This document shows positions 34,630 through 42,765 of a stretch of DNA of 64,000 nt, piece by piece (position 1 is the first letter of the stretch; each line of letters opens with the position of its first letter). This stretch comes from Verrucomicrobiota bacterium. GTDB lineage: Bacteria > Verrucomicrobiota > Verrucomicrobiia > Chthoniobacterales > UBA10450. Where the stretch lies: the NCBI GenBank assembly GCA_046727935.1, contig JBKPDP010000052.1, positions 6,174 through 70,173 on the forward strand, in the 5' to 3' direction. The notes under the pieces were generated by a model. The model ran no database searches, was not told the origin of the DNA, and saw nothing but the letters and a program-made list of their open reading frames with translations. The position numbers and the translations under genes were made by a program.

Positions 34630-36028
34630 GTGCAACCAAGCGGGGAAAAGAAAGTAAGAACCATGGATCCATTGATTCAGCTCAAAAATCCCACGCGAAT
34701 ATTCGCCGCCGTGCTTCTGCTGGATTGTTTTGGTCTCGTGTCCGCCGCGCGAGCAGTGAATCCGCCGCCGGACGGCGGTTATCTTGGGGGCAACACAGCA
34801 GAAGGGCAAAATGCCCTTTTGAGCCTCACCACCGGCACATACAATACGGCAGTCGGGTTGTTTTCACTCAGGAGTAATACCGAAGGCGCCTTTAATACAG
34901 CCATTGGTGCTGGAACCCTCATCCTCAACGCGGCGGAGAACAATACCGCCACTGGCGCTGCCGCACTTTTCAGCAACACTACCGCGTTGGCAACACGGCC
35001 AATGGCGCTTTTGCGCTCTTGAACAACACTACCGGCGACGGCAACAACGCCTCTGGCGCCTATGCGCTAAGCGACAATACGACTGGGAATTACAACACTG
35101 CCGTCGGTGCCTTTGCGCTTGAGTCCAATGAGAGCGGAGCGTTGAACTCTGCTTTTGGTAACAGCGCGCTCAATTTCAATACTAGCGGGAGTGAAAACAC
35201 CGCCCTGGGCGCGGGTGCGCTCGCGTTCAATCAAAACGGAAGCAACAACACGGCTGTAGGTGCCGGCGCGCTGTTTCACAACCTCACCGGGAGCGACCAG
35301 ACAGCCGTCGGTCACCGAGCGCTGGAGAGTAGCACCGCGAGTGGACAATTCTGTTTCGGGAACACCGCGGTGGGGTCGCTTGCGCTCGCAGACAACACAG
35401 CTGGTTGCAGCAACACGGCTATTGGCGGTGCTTCACTAGGTAGCAACACCAGTGGCAGCAGCAACGTTGCGGTAGGCTTATTAGCCGGCAACAATGTCAC
35501 CACGGCGAGTAACGTTATTTGTATCGGCACTTCGGTCGGAGGCGCGAACGTGAGTGACAGCTGCTATATCGACAACATTTGGAATCAACCGGGGGGATCG
35601 CAAGCTGTCTATGTGAATTCAGATGGCAAACTCGGAGCCCAAGTGTCTTCACGGCGTTTTAAGGACGAGATCAAGCCAGTGGATAAGGCCAGCGAAGCCA
35701 TCTACGCACTCAAACCGGTGAGCTTCCGTTATAAGGCGAAAATTGAACCGACGCGTCCGCGCGGTTTCGGCCTCATCGCCGAGGATGTGCAAAACGTAAA
35801 CCCCGACCTTGTGATGTGCGATGCGGACGGCAAACCTTACACCGTGCGCTACGACGCGGTGAACGCGATGTTACTCAACGAGTTCCTCAAAGAGCACAAG
35901 AAGGTCGGGGGAAAAACATGCAAGTTCTCACGGTGCAGCTCAAAGAGCAGGCGGCGCAAATCCAGAAAGTAAGCGAGCAAGCTGAGAGGAACGAGCTTGC
36001 GGCGCTGATAGTTAGCAATAGTCGATAG
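34630..36028 (+). pseudogene. Frameshifted paralogue of the secreted NTAxG-repeat / S74-domain fibre proteins
   Basis: Three frames must be joined. ORF 34630-35022 covers the signal-like N-terminus and the first repeats. A shift near 34987 leads into ORF 35019-35972. A second shift at the GGGGGAAAAA run (about 35906-35915) leads into the coiled-coil tail ending at 36028. The S74 segment SSRRFKDEIKPVDKASEAIYALKPVSFRYK is present. The ATG and promoter hexamers of the intact copies are absent. Confidence 0.75.
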
Positions 36029-36157
36029 AAGTTGTAGGGCGTCTGTGGCAGGTGGCGGCCATAGAACAGGCGTTTCGCAGACGTTGCCGGCAGGGCTGCT
36101 GCCAACTACAGGCTGGCAGCCTGCGCTCCCCAGAAGTAAAAGCTCGCTGGTACAGAT

Positions 36158-37009
36158 ATGAGCGAAGTCCGAGGCGGAGCAGTTGGTCGTTTTTTGCGGT
36201 TGATTCGTTTTTCGCACACAATTTTTGCGCTGCCATTTGCGCTCGGTGCGCTCGTTGTGGCCGCGAACGGCTGGCCGTCGTTGAGAATTTTGGTTCTGGT
36301 TGTCGTCTGCATGGTGTTCGCGCGCACTGCGGCCATGCTCTTCAACCGGCTGGTTGACTGGTCGCTAGATCAGCGCAATCCGCGAACCGCTTCGCGGCAT
36401 CGGCTTGTTTCAAAATCGGTTGCTCTCATTTTGCTGGCCTTCAGTTCTGCGGCATTCATTGTAGCGGCAGCGGCGATCAATCGACTGACTCTGATGCTCG
36501 CGCCAGTTGCTTTGGCGCTAATTTTTTTCTATTCGCTCACAAAACGATTCACGAGTGCAACGCACTTTTTTCTCGGCTTGGCATTGGCTATTGCACCTGT
36601 CGGGGCATGGATTGCGCAAACTGGACGGATTGATCTTGCACCGATTGTGCTTGGGGTGGGCGTAGTTTGCTGGGTCACGGGATTCGATCTCATTTATGCG
36701 ACGCAAGATTACGATTTCGATCAGCGCGAAGGTATTCGATCGCTTGTTGTGAAACTAGGGATCACGCAGAGCGTGCGTCTCGCGCAGCTACTGCATTTCC
36801 TGACGTTTGTGGCACTCGTCGCTTTTGGCGTGGTCGCGCAGCTTGGCGCGCTTTATTACTGGTCAATGCCGCTGATTGCAGCAGCGCTTTTTTACGAACA
36901 CAAAACCGAGAAGCTCGATCTGGCTGGGGTCAATCGCGCGTTTTTTCAAAGCAATGCGTTTGTCAGCGCTGGCTTCTTAGTTGCCGTCTGCGTGGATCGA
37001 TTGCTCTAG
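36158..37009 (+). CDS. UbiA-family aromatic prenyltransferase (4-hydroxybenzoate polyprenyltransferase-like; could be a menaquinone or ubiquinone pathway enzyme)
   Basis: 283 aa and polytopic. It has a first Asp-rich motif region (NRLVDWSLDQRNPRT) and a second (YATQDYDFDQREG). Confidence 0.85.
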   Translation: MSEVRGGAVGRFLRLIRFSHTIFALPFALGALVVAANGWPSLRILVLVVVCMVFARTAAMLFNRLVDWSLDQRNPRTASRHRLVSKSVALILLAFSSAAFIVAAAAINRLTLMLAPVALALIFFYSLTKRFTSATHFFLGLALAIAPVGAWIAQTGRIDLAPIVLGVGVVCWVTGFDLIYATQDYDFDQREGIRSLVVKLGITQSVRLAQLLHFLTFVALVAFGVVAQLGALYYWSMPLIAAALFYEHKTEKLDLAGVNRAFFQSNAFVSAGFLVAVCVDRLL

Positions 37010-37035
37010 CCTGACAGAAATTCCAATCTCTGGAG

Positions 37036-37198
37036 GAATGACGAAGCACGAATGTCGAATAACGAAAAAAACCCGAATGACGAAAAGCAGGATGATCATC
37101 GCTTATCATTTAGTCATTCGTCATTCCTTCGAGCTTCGTCATTCGGATTTCGTCATTCTTGCGCTTGTTTCGGATTTCGAGATTCGGATTTCGAAATT
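37036..37198. repeat. Family B palindromic element (GAATGACGAA / TTCGTCATTC-rich)
   Basis: GGAATGACGAAGCACGAATGTCGAA faces GAGCTTCGTCATTCGGATTTCGTCATTC. It lies directly 3' of rpiB on the minus strand. Confidence 0.6.
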
Positions 37199-37203
37199 TG
37201 ACA

Positions 37204-37635
37204 TCACATCGCGTTTAACATTGCCACACGTCGCTCGTGTCGACCTCCATCGAAACCTGTTTCCAGCCAGATCCGCACAATTTTAAGCGCCAGATCTTCT
37301 GGAATCAGACGCTCGCCAATGGAAAGCACGTTGGCGTCATTATGTTTCCTTGAGAGACGCGCTGACTCTTCGCTCCAGCAAAGGGCGCAACGCACGCCGT
37401 GCACCTTATTGGCCACCATCGCTTCGCCGTTCCCCGAGCCGCCGAACACGATGCCGCGTTCGCACTCGCCACGAGCGACTGCTTCTGCCGCCGGGCGAAT
37501 GAAAAGCGGATAGTCCACGGGTTCCTCGCTGAATGTGCCGAAGTCTTTTACTTCATGCCCGAGCGAGGCGAGCAATTCTTTTACCTTCTCCTTATAACGA
37601 AAACCAGCGTGATCTGATCCAAGAGAAATTTTCAT
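37204..37635 (-). CDS. rpiB: Ribose-5-phosphate isomerase B
   Basis: 143 aa RpiB/LacAB-family protein (MKISLGSDHAGF, GIVFGGSGNGEAMVANK). Confidence 0.92.
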   Translation of the reverse strand: MKISLGSDHAGFRYKEKVKELLASLGHEVKDFGTFSEEPVDYPLFIRPAAEAVARGECERGIVFGGSGNGEAMVANKVHGVRCALCWSEESARLSRKHNDANVLSIGERLIPEDLALKIVRIWLETGFDGGRHERRVAMLNAM

Positions 37636-37690
37636 CCTGAGAGTTTGTTAATGGAGTTGCACGACTGCTGTCGAGGAATCTCTTTCGATC

Positions 37691-37817
37691 AATGACGAAT
37701 GACGAATGCCGAAGCACGAAGAAATGACGAATGATCAAATGCCGAAGGATCGTGGCGTCGCTTCTTCGTCATTCGGGCTTTGTGCTTGTTTCGTCATTCG
37801 ACATTCGGATTTCGTCC
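37691..37817. repeat. Family B palindromic element, second copy
   Basis: AATGACGAATGACGAATGCCGAAGCACGAAGAAATGACGAA faces TTCGTCATTCGGGCTTTGTGCTTGTTTCGTCATTCGACATTCGGATTTCGTC. It lies 5' of rpiB. A family A-like fragment (TCATCCTGAG...GTCGAGGAATCTC) sits at 37632-37683. Confidence 0.6.
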
Positions 37818-37893
37818 TTGAGATGCTGACTCGACTTCACTTGAAAGACGTGAACGGATCATCGCCGTGATCGGCGAGAGGACCATGTTGATC

Positions 37894-38850
37894 TCACCCG
37901 CCGTGCAGTTTCGCCAGCTCGTTCCAGATTTCGCGTTCGCGTTCGTTCAATTTCTTCGGGACGTTGATTTGAACTTCGACGTAGAGATCGCCACGTTTTC
38001 CGGAGACCCCAGGCAAACCGCGTTCGCGTAGACGAAATCGCTGCCCGCCCTGTGTGCCTGGCGGAATCTTCAGGCGCACCTTTCCTTCCAGAGTGGGCAC
38101 GAGCAATTCGCTGCCCAACACGGCACGCCACGGTTCGATCTTCACTTCGTGAATCAAGTCGGTGCCCTCGACCGAAAAATCTGGGTGGCGCGCAAGTCGG
38201 ACGCGCAGGAACAGGTCACCGCTTTTTCCACCGCGCACGCCGGCTTCGCCCTGGCCCGCCAGACGGATTCGCTGGCCCTCGCGAACGCCACGCGGAATTT
38301 TGACCTGATAATTTTCAACTTTGTTTGAGCCTGCCCGGCGCAGCGAGACCGTTCGAGTCGATCCGTTCAGCGCTTCTTCCAGTGTAACCATGATGTCGGC
38401 CTCGACATCGGCGCCACGCTCCGCCGTTGCCTGGCGTCCGCCAAATCCGCCGAAAGCTGAGCGGCCGCGGCCGCCGCCGAAAAACGCTTCGAAGAAATCG
38501 CTGAATCCGGTTCCGCCGAATTCGAATTGAACTCCTCCACCGCCATCGCCGCCCCATTGGTAAAATCCGCCTTCTGAGGGTTGCGGGCCCCATTGTGGTG
38601 GCGGCTGGAATCCGCCCGGGCGATTCCAATCCGCGCCGAGCTGATCGTATTTTTTGCGTTTCTCGGGATCGCCTAGTACCTCGTACGCTTCGTTGATCTC
38701 CTTAAATTTTTCCTCGGCGGCCTTCTTGTCCTTGGCTACATCGGGGTGATGTTTGCGCGCCAGCTTGCGAAAAGCGCTGCGAATCTCCTCGTCAGTAGCC
38801 GTTTTCGGCACACCGAGCGTCTCGTAATAATCTCGGAATTGTACTGGCAT
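37894..38850 (-). CDS. cbpA: DnaJ-class co-chaperone without a zinc-finger domain (CbpA-like)
   Basis: 318 aa. It has a J-domain (DYYETLGV...HPD), a Gly-rich linker and DnaJ C-terminal domains. There is no CxxCxGxG repeat. Confidence 0.85.
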   Translation of the reverse strand: MPVQFRDYYETLGVPKTATDEEIRSAFRKLARKHHPDVAKDKKAAEEKFKEINEAYEVLGDPEKRKKYDQLGADWNRPGGFQPPPQWGPQPSEGGFYQWGGDGGGGVQFEFGGTGFSDFFEAFFGGGRGRSAFGGFGGRQATAERGADVEADIMVTLEEALNGSTRTVSLRRAGSNKVENYQVKIPRGVREGQRIRLAGQGEAGVRGGKSGDLFLRVRLARHPDFSVEGTDLIHEVKIEPWRAVLGSELLVPTLEGKVRLKIPPGTQGGQRFRLRERGLPGVSGKRGDLYVEVQINVPKKLNEREREIWNELAKLHGG

Positions 38851-38898
38851 CCGCTCTCAAGCTTGTGCCTCCGCTCGATTTGCGCAACTTTTTGAATA

Positions 38899-39111
38899 AT
38901 GCGCGAGCTGGGCAAATTCGTCGCCGTCATTGGTGTGATCCTCACGCTGGTGGGATTGGTGATGTGGAGTGGGTTTGCGCCGAAATGGTTGGGACGATTG
39001 CCCGGCGACATCCGGATCGAGCGAGAACATTCTGCGTTTTATTTCCCCATCGTCACCTGCATCATTCTCAGCATCCTCTTGAGCCTGCTGTTATCGATCT
39101 TCCGTCGTTAA
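38899..39111 (+). CDS. DUF2905-type small membrane protein
   Basis: 70 aa with two TM helices and the GRLPGDIRIEREHSAFYFPI motif. Confidence 0.7.
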   Translation: MRELGKFVAVIGVILTLVGLVMWSGFAPKWLGRLPGDIRIEREHSAFYFPIVTCIILSILLSLLLSIFRR

Positions 39112-39141
39112 CCAGTTTTCAATTGCCTTGGTATCCCAAGC

Positions 39142-39227
39142 GCTGTAGCCACGGGCCTGTGGCCCGTCTCACCTTGCGCGTTGTCGGGCCATGTGCGAAC
39201 GGCCCACAGGGCCGTGGCTACAACAGC
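39142..39227. repeat. Inverted repeat (GCTGTAGCCACGGGCCTGTGGCC ... GGCCCACAGGGCCGTGGCTACAACAGC)
   Basis: The arms are near-perfect reverse complements about 35 nt apart. The repeat overlaps the 5' extension of the ORF-track entry 39181-39843. Confidence 0.6.
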
Positions 39228-39255
39228 TATCCAAACTCAGCTCGATCAACATGTG

Positions 39256-39843
39256 ATGGCGCTGCTCCAATGCCGTCGCTGCCCGCGAATGAAATCCCCG
39301 CCAGTCTCCGGCGGCGCAATCGTGAGCGATGTAATGATCATTGGCCAGGCACCGGGCCCGCGGGAACCGGTTTTGCAACGACCGTTTGCGCATACCGCCG
39401 GCAAGACGCTTTTCCGCTGGTTTGAAGAGTTCTGTGGGATGAATGAAGCCGCGGTTCGATCGAAAATTTATTTCGCAGCGGTCTGTCGCTGTTTTCCCGG
39501 AAAGAATTCTGGCGGCACAGATCGCGTTCCGGCTCCGGACGAGATTCGCAACTGCACTTCATGGATGGATGATGAGATCCAAATTCTGCGGCCGCGCCTC
39601 GTTATTCCTGTTGGCCGGCTGGCTATCATGCAATTCATCGAGTGCGCGAAATTAGAGAAAGTGATCGGCCACAGATTTCGTGTTGGGCGCGCAGGGCACC
39701 GTTTCGACGTGATTCCGCTTCCGCATCCGTCGGGCGCGTCGCCCTGGCACAAGATTGCGCCTGGAAAAGAATTGCTCGGACGCGCGCTGAAGCTGATCGC
39801 GCGCCATCCAGCTGTTGCGGCGAAAGCGGCGAGCAAGAGCTAG
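39256..39843 (+). CDS. Uracil-DNA glycosylase superfamily protein
   Basis: Starts MALLQCRRCPRM and carries the motifs IIGQAPGPRE and LPHPSGASPW. The start was moved to 39256, downstream of the inverted repeat. Confidence 0.78.
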   Translation: MALLQCRRCPRMKSPPVSGGAIVSDVMIIGQAPGPREPVLQRPFAHTAGKTLFRWFEEFCGMNEAAVRSKIYFAAVCRCFPGKNSGGTDRVPAPDEIRNCTSWMDDEIQILRPRLVIPVGRLAIMQFIECAKLEKVIGHRFRVGRAGHRFDVIPLPHPSGASPWHKIAPGKELLGRALKLIARHPAVAAKAASKS

Positions 39844-39891
39844 GTGATTGCAGAGATTGATTAGGACTGATCTAGTGCGTGATCTGAAGCT

Positions 39892-41313
39892 ATGGCTGTG
39901 AGTCGAAAGCCCAATTTGGTTCTTTTTCTGCCCGACCAACAGAGAGCACACACGATTGCATGCTACGGAGGCGTGAAGGTGCACGCGCCGAACCTGAATA
40001 AACTTGCCTCTGAATCGGTTGTCTTCGAGCGCGCATACGTCACGCATCCGGTTTGCACCCCTTCACGTTCTTCACTTATGACGGGCACCTGGCCGCACAT
40101 TAACGGATGCACGCGAAATAGCGTGCCACTCGATCGAAGATTCCGTGTTTTCCCTGAGTTAATGCGAGACAGAGATTATCGCACCGCGTATATCGGTAAG
40201 TGGCATCTGGGTGAGGAAGGGCCGATCGGGCGAGGATTTGAGGAATGGGTTTCCACCGATGATCACGGTGATTACACAAATTTCCTCCTTTCAAAGGGGA
40301 TTACGCCCGACAAGCAGAACCGACGATTCTCAGAACTGGCCATCAGCAGTCTGCCGATCGAACTGTCACGGCCGAGGTTTCTCGAGAGACATGCATGCGA
40401 ATTCATCGAAAAACATCGCGACGATCCTTTCATCCTCGTTGTAGGTTTTGTAGAACCGCATTCGCCCTATAACGGACCTCTCAACGATAAGCACCCGCTC
40501 GATCAAGTGGAACTCGATGCGACGGCCACACTTCCTGAGAGTGAAGACATTCCGCTGCGTTATCGTTTGATGCGCGAATGGCAGCAAGCGGAAGCTGTTC
40601 TGGATCGGGAGCGATTGCCTACTCAGTTGTTTTTCGGGATCACGCCCGAGGAATATCGGAGTATCAAACAGCGCTATCTCGGCTTAGTCACGCTAGTGGA
40701 TCAAAGCATTGGTGCCATCCTCGCATGCTTAGAACGATTTGGCCTGAGTGATCAGACGATTGTTATTCACACGAGTGACCACGGCGACAGCCTGGGCGCG
40801 CATCATCTCTTTGGGAAAGAAACAATGTTCGAAGAGGCTATGCGCGTTCCATTCCTGGTTCGGCTTCCTGGTCAAACACGCGCCAAGACTGTTCCGCGCC
40901 CAGTCAGTCACATCGATTTCGTGCCAACATTGCTTGATCTTCTCGGCCAGCCGACCCATTCCCAGTGCGCTGGCAAAAGTCTTTTGCCACTGATTAATGA
41001 AGTGGGAGTACCACCAGAGAACGTGTTTCTGGAGTGGGCGCCAAACCGTACGAAAGTAAAAAAGGGTACCAAATTGGCTCGGCGACGCATGGTCAAGTGC
41101 GCCGTCGAAGAATCCACCCGGACAGTTGTTTCCTCGGACGGTTGGAAGCTTAGCCTGCGCGACAAAGACTTAAACGAATTGTACAATCTGAACGACGATC
41201 CGCTGGAGATGCGCAATCTTTACGCGGCCCGGCAAAATGGTTCGGTGATTTCCCGGCTTACCGAAGAGATTTATCGCTGGCAGGAATCTACAAACGACAA
41301 GCTCGGATTGTGA
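39892..41313 (+). CDS. Cys-type (formylglycine) sulfatase with no recognisable signal peptide
   Basis: 473 aa with the CTPSRSSLMTG sulfatase signature. The N-terminus MAVSRKPNLVLFLPDQQR leads straight into the catalytic core. Confidence 0.9.
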   Translation: MAVSRKPNLVLFLPDQQRAHTIACYGGVKVHAPNLNKLASESVVFERAYVTHPVCTPSRSSLMTGTWPHINGCTRNSVPLDRRFRVFPELMRDRDYRTAYIGKWHLGEEGPIGRGFEEWVSTDDHGDYTNFLLSKGITPDKQNRRFSELAISSLPIELSRPRFLERHACEFIEKHRDDPFILVVGFVEPHSPYNGPLNDKHPLDQVELDATATLPESEDIPLRYRLMREWQQAEAVLDRERLPTQLFFGITPEEYRSIKQRYLGLVTLVDQSIGAILACLERFGLSDQTIVIHTSDHGDSLGAHHLFGKETMFEEAMRVPFLVRLPGQTRAKTVPRPVSHIDFVPTLLDLLGQPTHSQCAGKSLLPLINEVGVPPENVFLEWAPNRTKVKKGTKLARRRMVKCAVEESTRTVVSSDGWKLSLRDKDLNELYNLNDDPLEMRNLYAARQNGSVISRLTEEIYRWQESTNDKLGL

Positions 41314-41399
41314 GGGCGGTTTGGAAACCGCCGCTCCTTGCTGGTCCGCCTTAGGCATTCGACGAAGGCCACTCGCCCGCGGCGAGAGAGTCGGGGGGG

Positions 41400-41693
41400 T
41401 CAGGTTATAGACATTGAAGATATCGGTTCTTCGACCCTCATATTCTTTGCTTCTTTGAATTTGTAGCTTTCAGCTTTCCGGTATCGGGTTTTCCGCTTGA
41501 ATTTTCTGTGTTGCCATTCCCTATACTTTAGATTTCGCTTCCGCCGGTGCACCTCGCAAAACAAGCCGCCCTTAGTCGCCGGACGACTGCAGTCATGACA
41601 CAAGCCGGTGCGCTTGTGGCGCAGCTGGTAGCGGCGCTGTCGTGACAACGCACTCTTGTGGCTTGGTCCTGGAAGTCGAGCAGGAGAACTCAT
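41400..41693 (-). CDS. Hypothetical very basic Cys/His-containing small protein
   Basis: 98 aa, starting at the internal ATG of ORF 41400-41879. It is rich in R and K and contains a CHDC...CEVH pattern suggestive of a zinc ribbon. It lies in a locally AT-richer stretch. No family was recognised. Confidence 0.35.
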   Translation of the reverse strand: MSSPARLPGPSHKSALSRQRRYQLRHKRTGLCHDCSRPATKGGLFCEVHRRKRNLKYREWQHRKFKRKTRYRKAESYKFKEAKNMRVEEPISSMSIT

Positions 41694-41896
41694 TTCTGAC
41701 CGTTCCCCTTTCACAATGTTGGTTTTACCTATTCCTACGGGAAAATTTGCTCGATGTTGTAAAAAAAGTTTTGGGGAATCGATAAATTCTTCTGACCGCC
41801 AATGGCGCCGATGACACCGATCAGAGCAGGATCGTTCACTGCTGCTTATCTTTACAAAGTTCTTGAAATCGCACATCACCGCGAAGCGGATCGAGC

Positions 41897-42025
41897 ATGG
41901 GATGGTCCTGGAGCCTTTTTGCCGAACTGAAACGCCGCAACGTTTACAAGGTGGCGATAGCTTGCGCAGTTGTGGGCTGGCTGCTTATTCGCCGCTGGCA
42001 AGAAAAGGACAAGCTCAAGGTTTGA
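41897..42025 (+). other. 42-codon micro-ORF resembling the conserved N-terminal membrane anchor of larger TPR/cyclase-type proteins (possible gene remnant)
   Basis: It encodes MGWSWSLFAELKRRNVYKVAIACAVVGWLLIRRWQEKDKLKV. It falls below the ORF-track size cutoff and stops right after the TM helix. Confidence 0.3.
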
Positions 42026-42069
42026 TCAAGCAGAGCGCCAGCGATGGATCAATCGATTTGGGATGTGAG

Positions 42070-42765
42070 TTACTGTTTCGAAAGCCTCTTTTCTTCCAGT
42101 AAAAGGCTTTTCACATCGGCCAGGACGAGTCGCGGATCGAGAGTCGCGGAACTATAGATGTTCCGGATGCGGCCTTGGCGATCGATGAGAAACACCCGCA
42201 GAATGTGATACAGCGGGCCTTGTGGATCATTCGGATTGGATCGCTTGTCCACGGCTTGACCGTAGCCGTTCAGGATAGAGTCTAACTCCGTGCGCGATTT
42301 GGCTGTCGCGAAGCGCCATTCGCATCCCGATTTTTGTTCGCGCATCGCTTCCGAATAGATGGCGAGACGTTGCGGCGTGTCGTAATCTGGATCGAAGCTT
42401 AAGCTGACGAGGCGCATGTTCTTCGCCAACCCGCTATCTCCCGCGCTCAGCGCGTGCAGGTGGTACAACACGCCTGTGGCGTAAGGGCACGCTTTCGGCG
42501 CCGCGCACCGAGTATAGATAAAGCTTAACACCGTGATACGCCCATGCGTGAGCTCGCGCAGGTTTGATGCTTGGCCAGCTGAATCAATAATCGCGCCGTC
42601 GGGCGCCAGCTTGATAACTGGCAAGGCGTAGCTGCCCGGGACAGGTGGATCGTAATCGTAGTCGCTATCGTGCGGGAGCGCACTGTCGGCGGCAACAGAT
42701 ACAATCCGCGCAGCCAGGTAAAGCGTAAGCGCGAGTGCCAGCACTCGACTGCAATTGAACTTCAT
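42070..42765 (-). CDS. SCO1/SenC-family thioredoxin-fold copper chaperone
   Basis: It has a signal or anchor (MKFNCSRVLALALTLYLAARIVSV) and the CxxxC motif in FIYTRCAAPKACP. The ATG at 42765 forms an ATGA overlap with the stop of the upstream SBP56 gene. Confidence 0.85.
   Translation of the reverse strand: MKFNCSRVLALALTLYLAARIVSVAADSALPHDSDYDYDPPVPGSYALPVIKLAPDGAIIDSAGQASNLRELTHGRITVLSFIYTRCAAPKACPYATGVLYHLHALSAGDSGLAKNMRLVSLSFDPDYDTPQRLAIYSEAMREQKSGCEWRFATAKSRTELDSILNGYGQAVDKRSNPNDPQGPLYHILRVFLIDRQGRIRNIYSSATLDPRLVLADVKSLLLEEKRLSKQ

Noticed and set aside
36033-36135. A TGTAGGGC...CAACTACA segment downstream of the fibre pseudogene, considered as another inverted-repeat element.
   Set aside because: Only the terminal 5-6 nt are complementary, and the internal arms do not pair well. 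The evidence is too weak to annotate.
37036-37817. A CRISPR array or tandem-repeat locus, suggested by the many ATGACGAA/TTCGTCAT units.
   Set aside because: The units are short, irregularly spaced and inverted relative to one another, so they form hairpins. They are not direct repeats separated by unique spacers of uniform length, and no cas genes are present in the window.
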